Of a DNA stretch of 64,000 nt, positions 14,701 to 27,629 are shown piece by piece. A program made the position numbers and the translations under genes. The notes under the pieces are model-generated. The model ran no database searches. It worked only from the letters and a program-made list of their open reading frames with translations, and was not told the origin of the DNA. Each line of letters begins with the position of its first letter. Position 1 is the first letter of the stretch. Origin of the DNA: Euglena gracilis. Its lineage: Eukaryota. The stretch spans positions 7,938,634 to 8,002,633 of the forward strand of contig CP154954.1 of assembly GCA_039621445.1 (NCBI GenBank). The letters are read 5' to 3'.

Positions 14701-17700
14701 GGATGAGGGCGTGCCCGCTGGGGGGCAGAGGCCGGGATGATATGATGGATGGATGAGGGCGTGCCCGCTGGGGGGCAGGGGCCGGGATGATATGATGGAT
14801 GGATGAGGGCGTGCCCGCTGGGGGGCAGGGGCCGGGATGATATGATGGATGGATGAGGGCGTGCCCGCTGGGGGGCAGGTGACGGGATGATATGATGGAT
14901 GGATGAGGGCGTGCCCGCTGGGGGGCAGAGGCCGGGATGAAATGATGGATGGATGAGGGCGTGCCCGCTGGGGGGCAGGGGCCGGGATGACATGATGGAT
15001 GGATGAGGGCGTGCCCGCTGGGGGGCAGGGGCCGGGATGAAATGATGGATCGATGAGGGCGTACCCGCTGAGGGGCAGGGGCCGGGATGATATGATGGAT
15101 GGATGAGGGCGTGCCCGCTGGGGGGCAGAGGCCGGGACGATATGATGGATGGATGAGGGCGTGCCCGCTGGGGGGCAGAGGCCGGGATGAAATGATGGAT
15201 GGATGAGGGCGTGCCCGCTGGGGGGCAGAGGCCGGGACGATATGATGGATGGATGAGGGCGTGCCCGCTGGGGGGCAGAGGCCGGGACGATATGATGGAT
15301 GGATGAGGGCGTGCCCGCTGGGGGGCAGGGGCCGGGATGACATGATGGATGGATTGGGGCGTGCCCGCTGGGGGGCAGGGGCCGGGATGATATGATGGAT
15401 GGATGAGGGCGTCCCCGCTGGGGGGCAGGGGCCGGGATGATATGATGGATGGATGAGGGCGTGCCCGCTGGGGGGCAGAGGCCGGGATGAAATGATGGAT
15501 GGATGAGGGCGTGCCCGCTGGGGGGCAGGGGCCGGGATGACATGATGGATGGATGAGGGCGTGCCCGCTGGGGGGCAGGGGCCGGGATGACATGATGGAT
15601 GGATTGGGGCGTACCCGCTGAGGGGCAGGGGCCGGGATGATATGATGGATGGATGAGGGCGTGCCCGCTGGGGGGCAGAGGCCGGGACGATATGATGGAT
15701 GGATGAGGGCGTGCTGATGGATGTGCTGAGGGCCGTGCCCGCTGGGGGGGGGGGGGCAGAGGCCGGGATGATGGAATGATGGATGGATGAGGGCGTGCCC
15801 GCTGGGGGGCAGAGGCCGGGACGATATGATGGATGGATGAGGGCGTGCCCGCTGGGGGGCAGAGGCCGGGATGAAATGATGGATGAGGGCGTGCCCGCTG
15901 GGGGGCAGGGGCCGGGATGACATGATGGATGGATTGGGGCGTGCCCGCTGGGGGGCAGGTGACGGGATGATATGATGAATGGATGAGGGCGTGCCCGCTG
16001 GGGGGCAGGGGCCGGGATGATATGATGGATGGATGAGGGCGTGCCCGCTGGGGGGCAGGGGCCGGGATGATATGATGGATGGATGAGAGCGTGCCCGCTG
16101 GGGGGCAGGAGCCGGGATGATATGATGGATGGATGAGGGCGTGCCCGCTGGGGGGCAGGGGCCGGGATGATATGATGGATGGATGAGGGCGTGCCCGCTG
16201 GGGGGCAGGGGCCGGGATGATATGATGGATGGATGAGGGCGTGCCCGCTGGGGGGCAGGGGCCGGGATCATATGATGGCTGGATGAGGGCGTGCCCGCTG
16301 GGGGCAGGGGCCGGGATGATATGATGGATGGATGAGGGCGTGCCCGCTGGGGGGCAGGGGCCGGGATGATATGATGGATGGATGAGGGCGTGCCCGCTGG
16401 GGGGCAGGGGCCGGGATGATATGATGGATGGATGAGGGCGTGCCCGCTGGGGGGCAGAGGCCGGGACGATATGATGGATGGATGAGGGCGTGCCCGCTGG
16501 GGGGCAGAGGCCGGGACGATATGATGGATGGATGAGGGCGTGCCCGCTGGGGGGCAGAGGCCGGGACGATATGATGGATGGATGAGGGCGTGCCCGCTGG
16601 GGGGCAGGGGCCGGGATGATATGATGGATGGATTGGGGCGTGCCCGCTGGGGGGCAGGTGACGGGATGATATGATGAATGGATGAGGGCGTGCCCGCTGG
16701 GGGGCAGGGGCCGGGATGATATGATGGATGGATGAGGGCGTGCCCGCTGAGGGGCAGGGGCCGGGATGATATGATGGATGGATGAGGGCGTGCCCGCTGG
16801 GGGGCAGGGGCCGGGATGATATGATGGATGGATGAGGGCGTGCCCGCTGGGGGGCAGAGGCCGGGATGAAATGATGGATGGATGAGGGCGTGCCCGCTGG
16901 GGGGCAGAGGCCGGGATGATATGATGGATGGATGAGGGCGTGCCCGCTGGGGGGCAGGGGCCGGGATGAAATGATGGATGGATGAGGGCGTACCCACTGG
17001 GGGGCAGGGGCCGGGATGATATGATGGATGGATGAGGGCGTGCCCGCTGGGGGGCAGAGGCCGGGATGATATGATGGATGGATGAGGGCGTGCCCGCTGA
17101 GGGGCAGGGGCCGGGATGATATGATGGATGGATGAGGGCGTGCCCGCTGGGGGGCAGGGGCCGGGATGATATGATGGATGGATGAGGGCGTGCCCGCTGG
17201 GGGGCAGGGGCCGGGACGATATGATGGATGGATGAGGGCGTGCCCGCTGAGGGGCAGGGGCCGGGATGAAATGATGGATGGATGAGGGCGTGCCCGCTGG
17301 GGGGCAGGGCCCGGGATGATATGATGGATGGATGAGGGCGTGCCCGCTGGGGGGCAGAGGCCGGGATGAAATGATGGATGGATGAGGGCGTACCCGCTGG
17401 GGGACATGAGCCGGGATGATATGATTGATCTACGAGTGCGTGCCCGCTGGGGGGCAGAGGCCGGGATGAAATGATGGATGGATGAGGGCGTGCCCGCTGA
17501 GGGGCAGGGGCCGGGATGAAATGATGGATGGATGAGGGCGTGCCCGCTGAGGGGCAGGGGCCGGGATGAAATGATGGATGGATGAGGGCGTGCCCGCTGA
17601 GGGGCAGAGGCCGGGATGATATGATGGATGGATGAGGGCGTGCCCGCTGGGGGGCAGAGGCCGGGATGAAATGATGGATGGATGAGGGCGTACCCGCTGG

Positions 17701-20700
17701 GGGGCAGGGGCCGGGATGATATGATGGATGGATGAGGGCGTGCCCGCTGGGGGGCAGAGGCCGGGATGAAATGATGGATGGATGAGGGCGTGCCCGCTGG
17801 GGGGCAGGGGCCGGGATGATATGATGGATGGATGAGGGCGTACCCGCTGAGGGGCAGGGGCCGGGATGAAATGATGGATGGATGAGGGCGTACCCGCTGA
17901 GGGGCAGGGGCCGGGATGATATGATGGCTGGATTGGGGCGTGCCCGCTGGGGGGCAGAGGCCGGGATGAAATGATGGATGGATGAGGGCGTGCCCGCTGA
18001 GGGGCAGGGGCCGGGATGAAATGATGGATGGATGAGGGCGTGCCCGCTGGGGGGCAGGGGCCGGGATGAAATGATGGCTGGATGAGGGCGTGCCCGCTGA
18101 GGGGCAGGGGCCGGGACGATATGATGGATGGATGAGGGCGTACCCGCTGGGGGGCAGGGGCCGGGATGATATGATGGATGGATGAGGGCGTGCCCGCTGG
18201 GGGGCAGAGGCCGGGATGAAATGATGGATGGATGAGGGCGTGCCCGCTGGGGGGCAGGGGCCGGGATGATATGATGGATGGATGAGGGCGTACCCGCTGA
18301 GGGGCAGGGGCCGGGATGATATGATGGCTGGATTGGGGCGTACCCGCTGAGGGGCAGAGGCCGGGACGATATGATGGATGGATGAGGGCGTGCCCGCTGA
18401 GGGGCAGGGGCCGGGATGAAATGATGGATGGATGAGGGCGTGCCCGCTGAGGGGCAGGGGCCGGGATGAAATGATGGATGGATGAGGGCGTACCCGCTGG
18501 GGGGCAGAGGCCGGGATGAAATGATGGCTGGATGAGGGCGTGCCCGCTGGGGGGCAGGGGCCGGGATGATATGATGGATGGATGAGGGCGTACCCGCTGA
18601 GGGGCAGGGGCCGGGATGATATGATGGCTGGATGAGGGCGTGCCCGCTGGGGGGCAGGGGCCGGGATGATATGATGGATGGATGAGGGCGTGCCCGCTGG
18701 GGGGCAGAGGCCGGGATGATATGATGGATGGATGAGGGCGTGCCCGCTGGGGGGCAGAGGCCGGGACGATATGATGGATGGATGAGGGCGTGCCCGCTGG
18801 GGGGCAGGGGCCGGGATGATATGATGGATGGATGAGGGCGTGCCCGCTGGGGGGCAGGGGCCGGGATGATATGATGGATGGATGAGGGCGTGCCCGCTGG
18901 GGGGCAGGGGCCGGGATGATATGATGGCTGGATGAGGGCGTGCCCGCTGAGGGGCAGGGGCCGGGATGATATGATGGATGGATGAGGGCGTGCCCGCTGG
19001 GGGGCAGGGGCCGGGATGATATGATGGATGGATGAGGGCGTGCCCGCTGGGGGGCAGGGGCCGGGATGATATGATGGATGGATGAGGGCGTGCCCGCTGG
19101 GGGGCAGGGGCCGGGATGATATGATGGATGGATGAGGGCGTGCCCGCTGGGGGGCAGAGGCCGGGATGAAATGATGGATGGATGAGGGCGTGCCCGCTGG
19201 GGGGCAGGGGCCGGGATGATATGATGGATGGATGAGGGCGTGCCCGCTGGGGGGCAGGGGCCGGGATGATATGATGGATGGATGAGGGCGTGCCCGCTGG
19301 GGGGCAGGTGACGGGATGATATGATGGATGGATGAGGGCGTGCCCGCTGGGGGGCAGAGGCCGGGATGATATGATGGATGGATGAGGGCGTGCCCGCTGG
19401 GGGGCAGGGGCCGGGATGACATGATGGATGGATGAGGGCGTGCCCGCTGGGGGGCAGGGGCCGGGATGAAATGATGGATCGATGAGGGCGTACCCGCTGA
19501 GGGGCAGGGGCCGGGATGATATGATGGATGGATGAGGGCGTGCCCGCTGGGGGGCAGAGGCCGGGATGATATGATGGATGGATGAGGGCGTGCCCGGTGG
19601 GGGGCAGAGACTGGGTGAAATGATGGATGGATGAGGGCGTGCCCGCTGGGGGGCAGAGGCCGGGACGATATGATGGATGGATGAGGGCGTGCCCGCTGGG
19701 GGGCAGAGGCCGGGACGATATGATGGATGGATGAGGGCGTGCCCGCTGGGGGGCAGGGGCCGGGATGACATGATGGATGGATTGGGGCGTGCCCGCTGGG
19801 GGGCAGGGGCCGGGATGATATGATGGATGGATGAGGGCGTGCCCGCTGGGGGGCAGGGGCCGGGATGGAATGATGGATGGATGAGGCGTGCCCGCTGGGG
19901 GGCAGAGGCCGGGATGATATGATGGATGGATGAGGGCGTGCCGGCTGGGGGGCAGGGGCCGGGATGATATGATGGATGGATGAGGCCTGCCCCGCTGGGG
20001 GGCAGGGGCCGGGATGATATGATGGATGGATGATGGCGTGCCCGCTGGGGGGCAGGGGCCGGGATGATATGATGGATGGATGAGGGCGTGCCCGCTGGGG
20101 GGCAGAGGCCGGGATGATATGATGGATGGATGAGGGCGTGCCCGCTGGGGGGCAGGGGCCGGGATGATATGATGGATGGATGAGGGCGTGCCGCTGGGGG
20201 GCAGGGGCCGGGATGATATGATGGATGGATGAGGGCGTGCCCGCTGGGGGGCAGGGGCCGGGATGATATGATGGATGGATGAGGGCGTGCCCGCTGGGGG
20301 GCAGGGGCCGGGATGATATGATGGATGGATGAGGGCGTGCCCGCTGGGGGGCAGGGGCCGGGATGATATGGGGGATGGATGAGGGCGTGCCCGCTGGGGG
20401 GCAGGGGCCGGGATGATATGATGGATGGATGAGGGCGTGCCCGCTGGGGGGCAGGGGCCGGGATGATATGATGGATGGATGAGGGCGTGCCCGCTGGGGG
20501 GCAGGGGCCGGGATGATATGATGGATGGATGAGGGCGTGCCCGCTGGGGGGAGGGGCCGGGTTGATTTGATGGGTGGATGAGGGCGTGCCCGCTGGGGGG
20601 GCAGGGACCGGGATGATGTGATGGATGGATGAGGGCGTGCCCGCTGGTGGGCAGGGGCCGGGACGATATTATGGATGGATGAGGGCGTGCCCGCTGGGGG

Positions 20701-21268
20701 GCAGAGGCCGGGACGATATTATGGATGGATGAGGGCGTGCCCGCTGGGGGGCAGGGGCCGGGATGATATGATGGATGGATGAGGGCGTGCCCGCTGGGGG
20801 GCAGGTGACGGGATGATATGATGGATGGATGAGGGCGTGCCCGCTGGGGGGCAGGGGCCGGGATGATATGATGGATGGATGAGGGCGTGCCCGCTGGGGG
20901 GCAGGGGCCGGGATGATATGATGGATGGATGAGGGCGTGCCCGCTGGGGGGCAGGGGCCGGGATGATATGATGGATGGATGAGAGCGTGCCCGCTGGGGG
21001 GCAGGAGCCGGGATGATATGATGGATGGATGAGGGCGTGCCCGCTGGGGGGGCAGGGGCCGGGATGATATGATGGATGGATGAGGGCGTGCCCGCTGGGG
21101 GGCAGGGGCCGGGATGATATGATGGATGGATGAGGGCGTGCCCGCTGGGGGGCAGGGGCCGGGATGATATGATGGATGGATGAGGGCGCCCCTCCCCCCC
21201 GGGGGGGGGCCCTCAGGGGGGTGGGTGGGTGGGGGGGGACCGCCCCCCCGGTCTTAAAAAAACCCCTG
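11712..21268. mobile_element. Non-autonomous TIR element (hAT-like) expanded to 9.56 kb by an internal satellite
   Basis: TIRs CAGGGATTTTTTTAAG / CTTAAAAAAACCCCTG (15/16); perfect 8-bp TSD ATAGCAGC at 11704-11711 and 21269-21276. Confidence 0.88.
12055..21188. repeat. 50-bp G-rich tandem satellite, about 180 copies
   Basis: Monomer GATGGATGGATGAGGGCGTGCCCGCTGGGGGGCAGGGGCCGGGATGATAT. Confidence 0.97.
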
Positions 21269-23337
21269 ATAGCAGCGTGCACACCGCGGAACCCTCCATT
21301 TATCGGAAACCCCACAGCATGCGGTGTCCCGGCGGATGTGGTTGCAGCGAGCCGTTTGGACCTAAAAGCAGTGGCTGGGCGTCGTGTCTGGTGCCCATCC
21401 ATTCGTTGCAGGGGCCGAGATAGCAGCGTGCACAGCGCGGAACCCTCCACTGCTCGGAAACCCCACAGAAGGCGGTGTCCCGGCGGATGTGGTTGCGGCG
21501 AGCCGTTTGGACCCAAAAGCAGTGGCTGGGCGTCGTGTCTGGTGCCCACCCATTCGTTGCAGGGGCCGAGATAGCAGCGTGCACAGCGCGGAACCCTCCA
21601 CTTCTCGGAAACCCCACAGCACGCGGTGTCCCGGCGGATGTGGTTGCAGCCAGCCGTTTGGACCTAAAAGCAGTGGCTGGGCGTCGTGTCTGGTGCCCAT
21701 CCATTCGTTGCAGGGGCCGAGATAGCAGCGTGCACAGCGCGGAACCCTCCACTGCTCGGAAACCCCACAGAAGGCGGTGTCCCGGCGGATGTGGTTGCGG
21801 CGAGCCGTTTGGACCCAAAAGCAGTGGCTGGGCGTCGTGTCTGGTGCCCATCCATTCGTTGCAGGGGCCGAGATAGCAGCGTGCACAGCGCGGAACCCTC
21901 CACTGCTCGGAAACCCCACAGAAGGCGGTGTCCTGGCGGATGTGGTTGCGGCGAGCCGTTTGGACCCAAAAGCAGTGGCTGGGCGTCGTGTCTGGTGCCC
22001 ATCCATTCGTTGCAGGGGCCGAGATAGCAGCGTGCACACCGCGGAACCCTCCACTTCTCGGAAACCCCACAGCATGCGGTGTCCCGGCGCATGTGGTTGC
22101 GGCGAGCCGTTTGGACCCAAAAGCAGTGGCTGGGCGTCGTGTCTGGTGCCCATCCATTCGTTGTAGAGGCCGAGATAGCAGCCAGGGATTTTTTTATGTT
22201 TGGACCCCCGGGGGGGGGGGGGGGGGGGGGGGGGAGAGGGGGTGGGTGGGGGGGGGTTCCGCCGGACCATCCCCCCCCCCGGGGGGGGGGGTGTCCCCCC
22301 CGGGAGGTGGGTGGGGGATAAAAAAGAAAAAAAAATAAAAGTAAGAAAAAAAACAAAAAAAAAAACATAAATAAAAAAAATTACGAATATATAAATTAAG
22401 TAAATAAGATATAAAATAACTTTTTTCGGCGCCGCAGGCGCCGAAAAAATTCCATTTTTAGCACATTTCCGCGATTTTTCGGCCATTTTTTGTGGGTCCC
22501 CCGGGACCCCCTCCCCCCCGGGGGGGGGGGCCCTCAGGGGGGGGGGGGGGGGGGGGGGCCGGCCCCCTTCCCCCCCGGAGCGTGCACACCGCGGAACCCT
22601 CCATTTTTTGGAAACCCCACAGCATGCGGTGTCCCGGCGGATGTGGTTGCAGCGAGCCGTTTGGACCTAAAAGCAGTGGCTGGGCGTCGTGTCTGGTGCC
22701 CATCCATTCGTTGCAGGGGCCGAGATAGCAGCGTGCACACCGCGGAACCCTCCACTGCTCGGAAACCCCACAGAATGCGGATAGCAGCGTGTACACCGCG
22801 GAACCCTCCACTGCTCGGAAACCCCACAGAAGGCGGTGTCCCGGCGGATATGGTTGCGGCGAGCCGTTTGGACCCAAAAGCAGTTGCTGGGCGTCGTGTC
22901 TGGTGCCCATCCACTCGTTGTGGGGGCCGAAATAGCAGCGTGCACACCGCGGAACCCTCCACTGCTCGGAAACCCCACAGAATGCGGTGTCCCGGCGGAT
23001 ATGGTTGCGGCGAGCCGTTTGGACCCAAAAGCAGTGGCTGGGCGTCGTGTCTGGTGCCCATCCATTCGTTGCAGGGGCCGAGATAGCAGCGTGTACACCG
23101 CGGAACCCTCCACTGCTCGGAAACCCCACAGAATGCGGATAGCAGCGTGCACACCGCGGAACCCTCCACTGCTCGGAAACCCCACAGAATGCGGTGTCTT
23201 GACGGATGTGGTTGCAGCGAGCCGTTTGGACCTAAAAGCAGTGGCTGGGCGTCGTGTCTGGTGCCCATCCATTCGTTGTAGGGGCCGAGATAGCAGCGTG
23301 CACAGCGCGGAACCCTCCACTTCTCGGAAACCCCACA
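21269..23337. repeat. Continuation of the 151-bp satellite (about 10 copies, some partial)
   Basis: Same monomer resumes in register after the TIR element; interrupted at 22183-22578. Confidence 0.95.
22183..22578. mobile_element. Short (satellite-free) copy of the same TIR element; right TIR not visible
   Basis: Same left junction (TGTAGAGGCCGAGATAGCAGC|CAGGGATTTTTTTA), same internal GGCGCC-GCA-GGCGCC hairpin and CCCTCAGGGG block as 11712-21268. Confidence 0.75.
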
Positions 23338-24436
23338 GGAAGTCAGGGTCGGCGTGGTGCGTTGGTGCGTCTTTGGCGGAGGCGATCGCCGCCACCCGCG
23401 GTCAAAGGGTTTGGGGTGCAGTGGGGTGTTGGGTTCCATGGGGGACGGGGGGGGCAGAATGTTTGTTGTTGTGTGCTGCCAGTGGAAGAGTCCCACACCT
23501 ATCGTGTTTGCTTTCCCCCCCCCGCTTTGCAGTTTGTGCGACAAGGGTTACGCCGGTTATGGGGTGGGAAAATGCACGCACCAAACCGATTTTTGAGCAT
23601 GCCCCACGCAGCTTGCCAATGCACTTCAATCTGCAGCTCATTCTCGACGATGATGCCATGGCAATTCTGCCAACACCAGTGTTTGTTATTAACAGTTTGG
23701 CCACCGGTAGGGACAGAGGGAAAGGTGGCACACCGGCTGGGTTGTACGCTGTTCTGCAGGGAGTAAAATTGTATTCAGATGTCCGTACTCAGATTTGTTT
23801 GGTGACTTGCACTGTACGGGAGCAGTTTCTTTTTCACCAAGGACAAGGATATGGAGTTCGTACTTGATTTGGTGTCAGGGGGTGGTCTGGTACAGCAACG
23901 TTGCCAAGGAATTCCTTTGGTTCATCTGCCCCTCATATGCTTATGTTCCGCATCCCCGAAACCACATCAATTTGGTGCACAGCTCGAATTTAAGGCAGTC
24001 AAAGAACAGGCAGGCCATACGCGATGAGTCCTTCAACATCAATGCACGTGTCATCCCTGGGATGAGCATATGGGAAGGAACTCCTTACAGAAATAGAGAC
24101 ACAGCCCTCCCAAGGTCAAACCAATTGGTGTTTGATTGAGTGTCAAGCCTGAAGGATGCGCATTTGTGCATTTTTGGAAGCCTCCAAAAATGCGCAGGTG
24201 CGCATTATTGGAATGGACACAGGCTATGGGAAGGGGAAATGCGCATCGGTGAACACCAGGTGGGACACCCAGGTCCTGGGCTTCCGTAATGCGCAGATGC
24301 GCATTTTCATTCAAACTGCCTGATTTTTGTGGCTCAACAAGAAAGGTGCATTCCTTGGCCGTCTAAGTCTTTATTTTGATTTATTTATTTATTTGTTTAT
24401 TTATTTTTGGCGTGTTGTTTTCTGGCCACTGGTGCC

Positions 24437-24759
24437 CAGGGGATTTCTTAAGCCGGAGGGGAGCGGGCTGCCCAGCTCACGTATCCCTGCATTTTTTTTT
24501 CTCATCACAACTTCCTCGCCCTCAATGTCCAGCCTTGATCTAGCTCCATCCATCAAAATGTCGAGAAGGCAAAAATGTTTTAGAAAATTTTGTTTTTTTC
24601 ATCGACCCAGCCCTGCACAACCCCCTCCAGCCCCAGACCCCCCCTCCCCCCCATCCCCCGGGGGGGGAGGGGTCCAGCCAGCAGCTCGTTTCCAGCCAGC
24701 AACCTTTTTTCCAGCCGGAGGCTGGACCCCCCCCCCCCGGATCCTTAAGAAATTCCCTG
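24437..24759. mobile_element. CAGGG-TIR MITE
   Basis: CAGGGGATTTCTTAAG / CTTAAGAAATTCCCTG; flanks CTGGTGCC / CTGATGCC (7/8). Confidence 0.85.
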
Positions 24760-24814
24760 CTGATGCCCCCCCCCCCCGAGTCGCAACATTCTGCTCCCCT
24801 TGACCCCCCCCCAG

Positions 24815-24937
24815 GGCGGCGCCGGGCGGGTGATGGTCATCGGCAGCTGCCACATGTTCGAGGACGCGTGGCTGGACAAGGAGGAGAACGCCAAGCTGCA
24901 GGAGGTGCTCTTCGACTGGCTGATGCGCTCCCCAAAG
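24815..24937 (+). CDS. IFT52: IFT52 internal exon A (GGAGRVMVIGSCHMFEDAWLDKEENAKLQEVLFDWLMRSPK)
   Basis: Matches the IFT52 GIFT-domain motif GRxxVxGSxxMFxDxWLDKEEN; CAG acceptor ends 24814, GTGTGT donor starts 24938; 123 nt, phase 0/0. No upstream exon recognised in the window. Confidence 0.93.
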
Positions 24938-26964
24938 GTGTGTGCAGGGTGGACCCCCAGGGCAGGGCAGAACGGGAATCGGCCGAACCGCCAGGGTGGT
25001 GGGTGGGGGGGGGGTCGACCCCCCCCACCTCTTCCCGTATTTCCGGGAGAACCAATTTTTGGACCCGAAAAAATTTTTCGCCTTCGGCGCCGGGTGTTTT
25101 TTTGACCCATTTTGGGACCCATACCGCCCACCCCTCCCCCGCAAAACCACCCAAAACCCCATTTTTTCACACCTTTCAAAAATTCGACATTTTCACAAAA
25201 TGTTGATTTTGAGAGGTTTTTGAAGCAAAAAAAATGCCATTGAAAGTCCAAAAAAGTTCAACAAGAAAAAATGTCAGTAAAATTTGATTTGATTGTGCCA
25301 AAATGTTGTCCACTTTTTTTGAGCTTCGATTTTTTCACCCCCCCTCCTGAAAAGTACCAGTTTTCAGGACGGAAAATTTTGAGATTTTTTGTGACAAGCC
25401 AATTGTGAGGGACAAAAATTTTATGCGCGGTGTTTGCCCTGGGCCTGAAATCGGTCACCCGCACTGGCCATTGTTCCCGGGGCCCGACCCCACCTGATTT
25501 TATATTGAACCCTGATCCCCCCCAGGTCTCTCCAAACAGCCGTGCCCACACATCGATTCCGACCGCCTGCAATTTTTTCCGTGTTGGGGGGGGGAAGGTC
25601 AACAGTTGGTTATGTAATGCTCAAATGCTAAGAGATGCACAAGTTTTTGTAAATTGCTGATTGTTAGACTTTTTTCACTGCCTGGATACTTCTGGGTACG
25701 GTTCTCTCCCCAACTCTGGCATGGCCTCAGCTGGCGAGGAGGAGGGTACCATGAGGACAATATGGGGGGGGGTCGACCAGCATCTTTTTCCCAGCTAGCC
25801 AAGTCTTCCAGCCGGAATCCTTGGGGAAGCCAATAAGCAACTCTGTGGTGCAGAACGGTTGAATTGCCAAAGGAGCCGAAATGTTCACATCCCTTTTCAA
25901 GAGTTTCATCGGATCATGGAGGTTTTTTTTGATGTTGAAATCATGGCCAAACTCTCAGTCTGGGCATTTCGCCAAGGCACTCCACTCCGGCGCCGAAAAA
26001 TGCCCAGAAGAGGCCTTCTTTGGGCCTGTTTCGGGCCTGTTTCGGGCACGCCAGGCCCAGGGTTCGATATAAGGAGGGCGTGCGTGGTTTAGGTGGGGGG
26101 GTGTCCCCCCCCCCCCCCCCCCACCCCCCCACCTCCTGGCCCGCACGGGGGGGTCCGAACCGACCCCGGGGGGGGGGGGGATACCCGGGACCCCCCCCCA
26201 AAAGGTCAATTTTTTCGTCCGGCGCTCTGCGGCGGAGTTTTTTGTATTTTTTGTTGCAACAGCCAAATGTTTTCTTTCGGCTCCCTGCACTGCTAGTTTA
26301 TTTGCTTGTTCTTTTGCAGCTGATGTCTCGCCAGCTTCCTTTGTTTATGTGCTGCTTGCGCTTTGATTTCGCTGGATGTCAAACTTTTGGCCCGGCGCTT
26401 TGTGCCGGGCCCAAAATCGTTCACCCGGACCGCGCCACTGTTTAGGTGGGGGGGGGGCCCAGGGATCGATGTTCGGAAGGTGTGCTGGGAAGAGGAGGGA
26501 GGTGTCCCCCATCCCTCCTGGACGGGGGGGGCAGACCACCCCCATGGCCAAGTGGGGTCCAAACCGTTTCCTGGGGGTACCCGGGACCCCCAGGTAATAG
26601 GTAATAATTTTCTTTCAGGTGCTTCACTTTGCACCAATTTTTTTAAAAAAAAATAACAAATTTTGCCCAAAAAGTGCTTTTTCGGTCGATTTTTGGCCTT
26701 GCGCTTTGCGCTGTGACGAAAATTGGTCACCTGGACCGGGCTCCTGTTTAGAGTTTAGGGGGCATCCCGGAAAAGGTCATTTTCAATGAAAATTTTCTGA
26801 GTACCCCCGGACTCCACCGGGGGGTGTGCCTGCTAGGGACAGGCACCCTATAGCGGTTCCCGGATCTGGCCTGGGGGGGGGTAGTGGGCCTACCCTGGGC
26901 TTGGCCAAATACGACCCTAGGGTCGCTAAGGTCGCCCCCCCCCTTTCTGGACAGGAGGAGGGAT

Positions 26965-27318
26965 CAGACAATTGCTTAAGCACTGACCAACCCCCCCCCC
27001 CCCCCCGGGGGGGGTGGGTGACTGGTTTTTTCAAAGTGACTGACTGGTTTTTGGCCCGGACCCCTCCCCCCCCCCGGGGGGGGGTCGGCCAGGAGTGGGC
27101 AAAAGTGGCTTGAGTGACCCCGGCGCCGAAGGCGCCGGAAAAATTTTTTGGGCCTAAAATGGCCTCAAGTGACTGGAAAGTGGCCGTTTTTCTGAGTGGC
27201 CGACCCCCCCGGGGGGGGGTAGTGACTGGCTGGTTTTTTGAAAATGAGTGACTGACTGGTTTTTAAAAAAGTGGAGAACCCCCCCTCCCCCCCCCGGGGG
27301 TCGGTAAGCAATTGTATA
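26965..27318. mobile_element. CAGAC-TIR MITE
   Basis: CAGACAATTGCTTA / TAAGCAATTGTATA (12/14); perfect 8-bp TSD GGAGGGAT. Confidence 0.85.
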
Positions 27319-27428
27319 GGAGGGATCTGACCCCCCACCAGCCTTTATGTCGAATCCTGGCTGGCCCTCTGAGACCCCTCCCCTCTGGGGTCGGTCAAGG
27401 TTCAGCCTGGTCGGGCGTGCTCTCGCAG

Positions 27429-27629
27429 GTCAAGCTGAACCAGATCGACGCGGAGGACCCCGAGATCAACGACTACCACTACCTCCCCGACACCCACGCG
27501 CTGGCGGAGCGGCTGCGGGTCTGCGTGGAGGAGCGGGAGGAGCTGCCCCGCGACTTCACCGCGATGTTCGACCTGACGATGTTCAAGTTCGACACCAACC
27601 TCATCCCGGAGGCGGTGGAGCTGTACAAG
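27429..27629 (+). CDS. IFT52: IFT52 exon B (VKLNQIDAEDPEINDYHYLPDT...FKFDTNLIPEAVELYK)
   Basis: IFT52 LNQIDAEDPEI motif; CGCAG acceptor, GTGTGG donor at 27630; 201 nt, in frame with exon A. Confidence 0.95.

Noticed and set aside
11865-19771. 1710-2469 aa Pro/His/Ser-rich ORFs
   Set aside because: Translation of a stop-free 50-bp satellite strand; all three frames give the same peptide.
1290-23337. CRISPR-like array
   Set aside because: No unique spacers, wrong repeat lengths, no cas genes, eukaryotic context.
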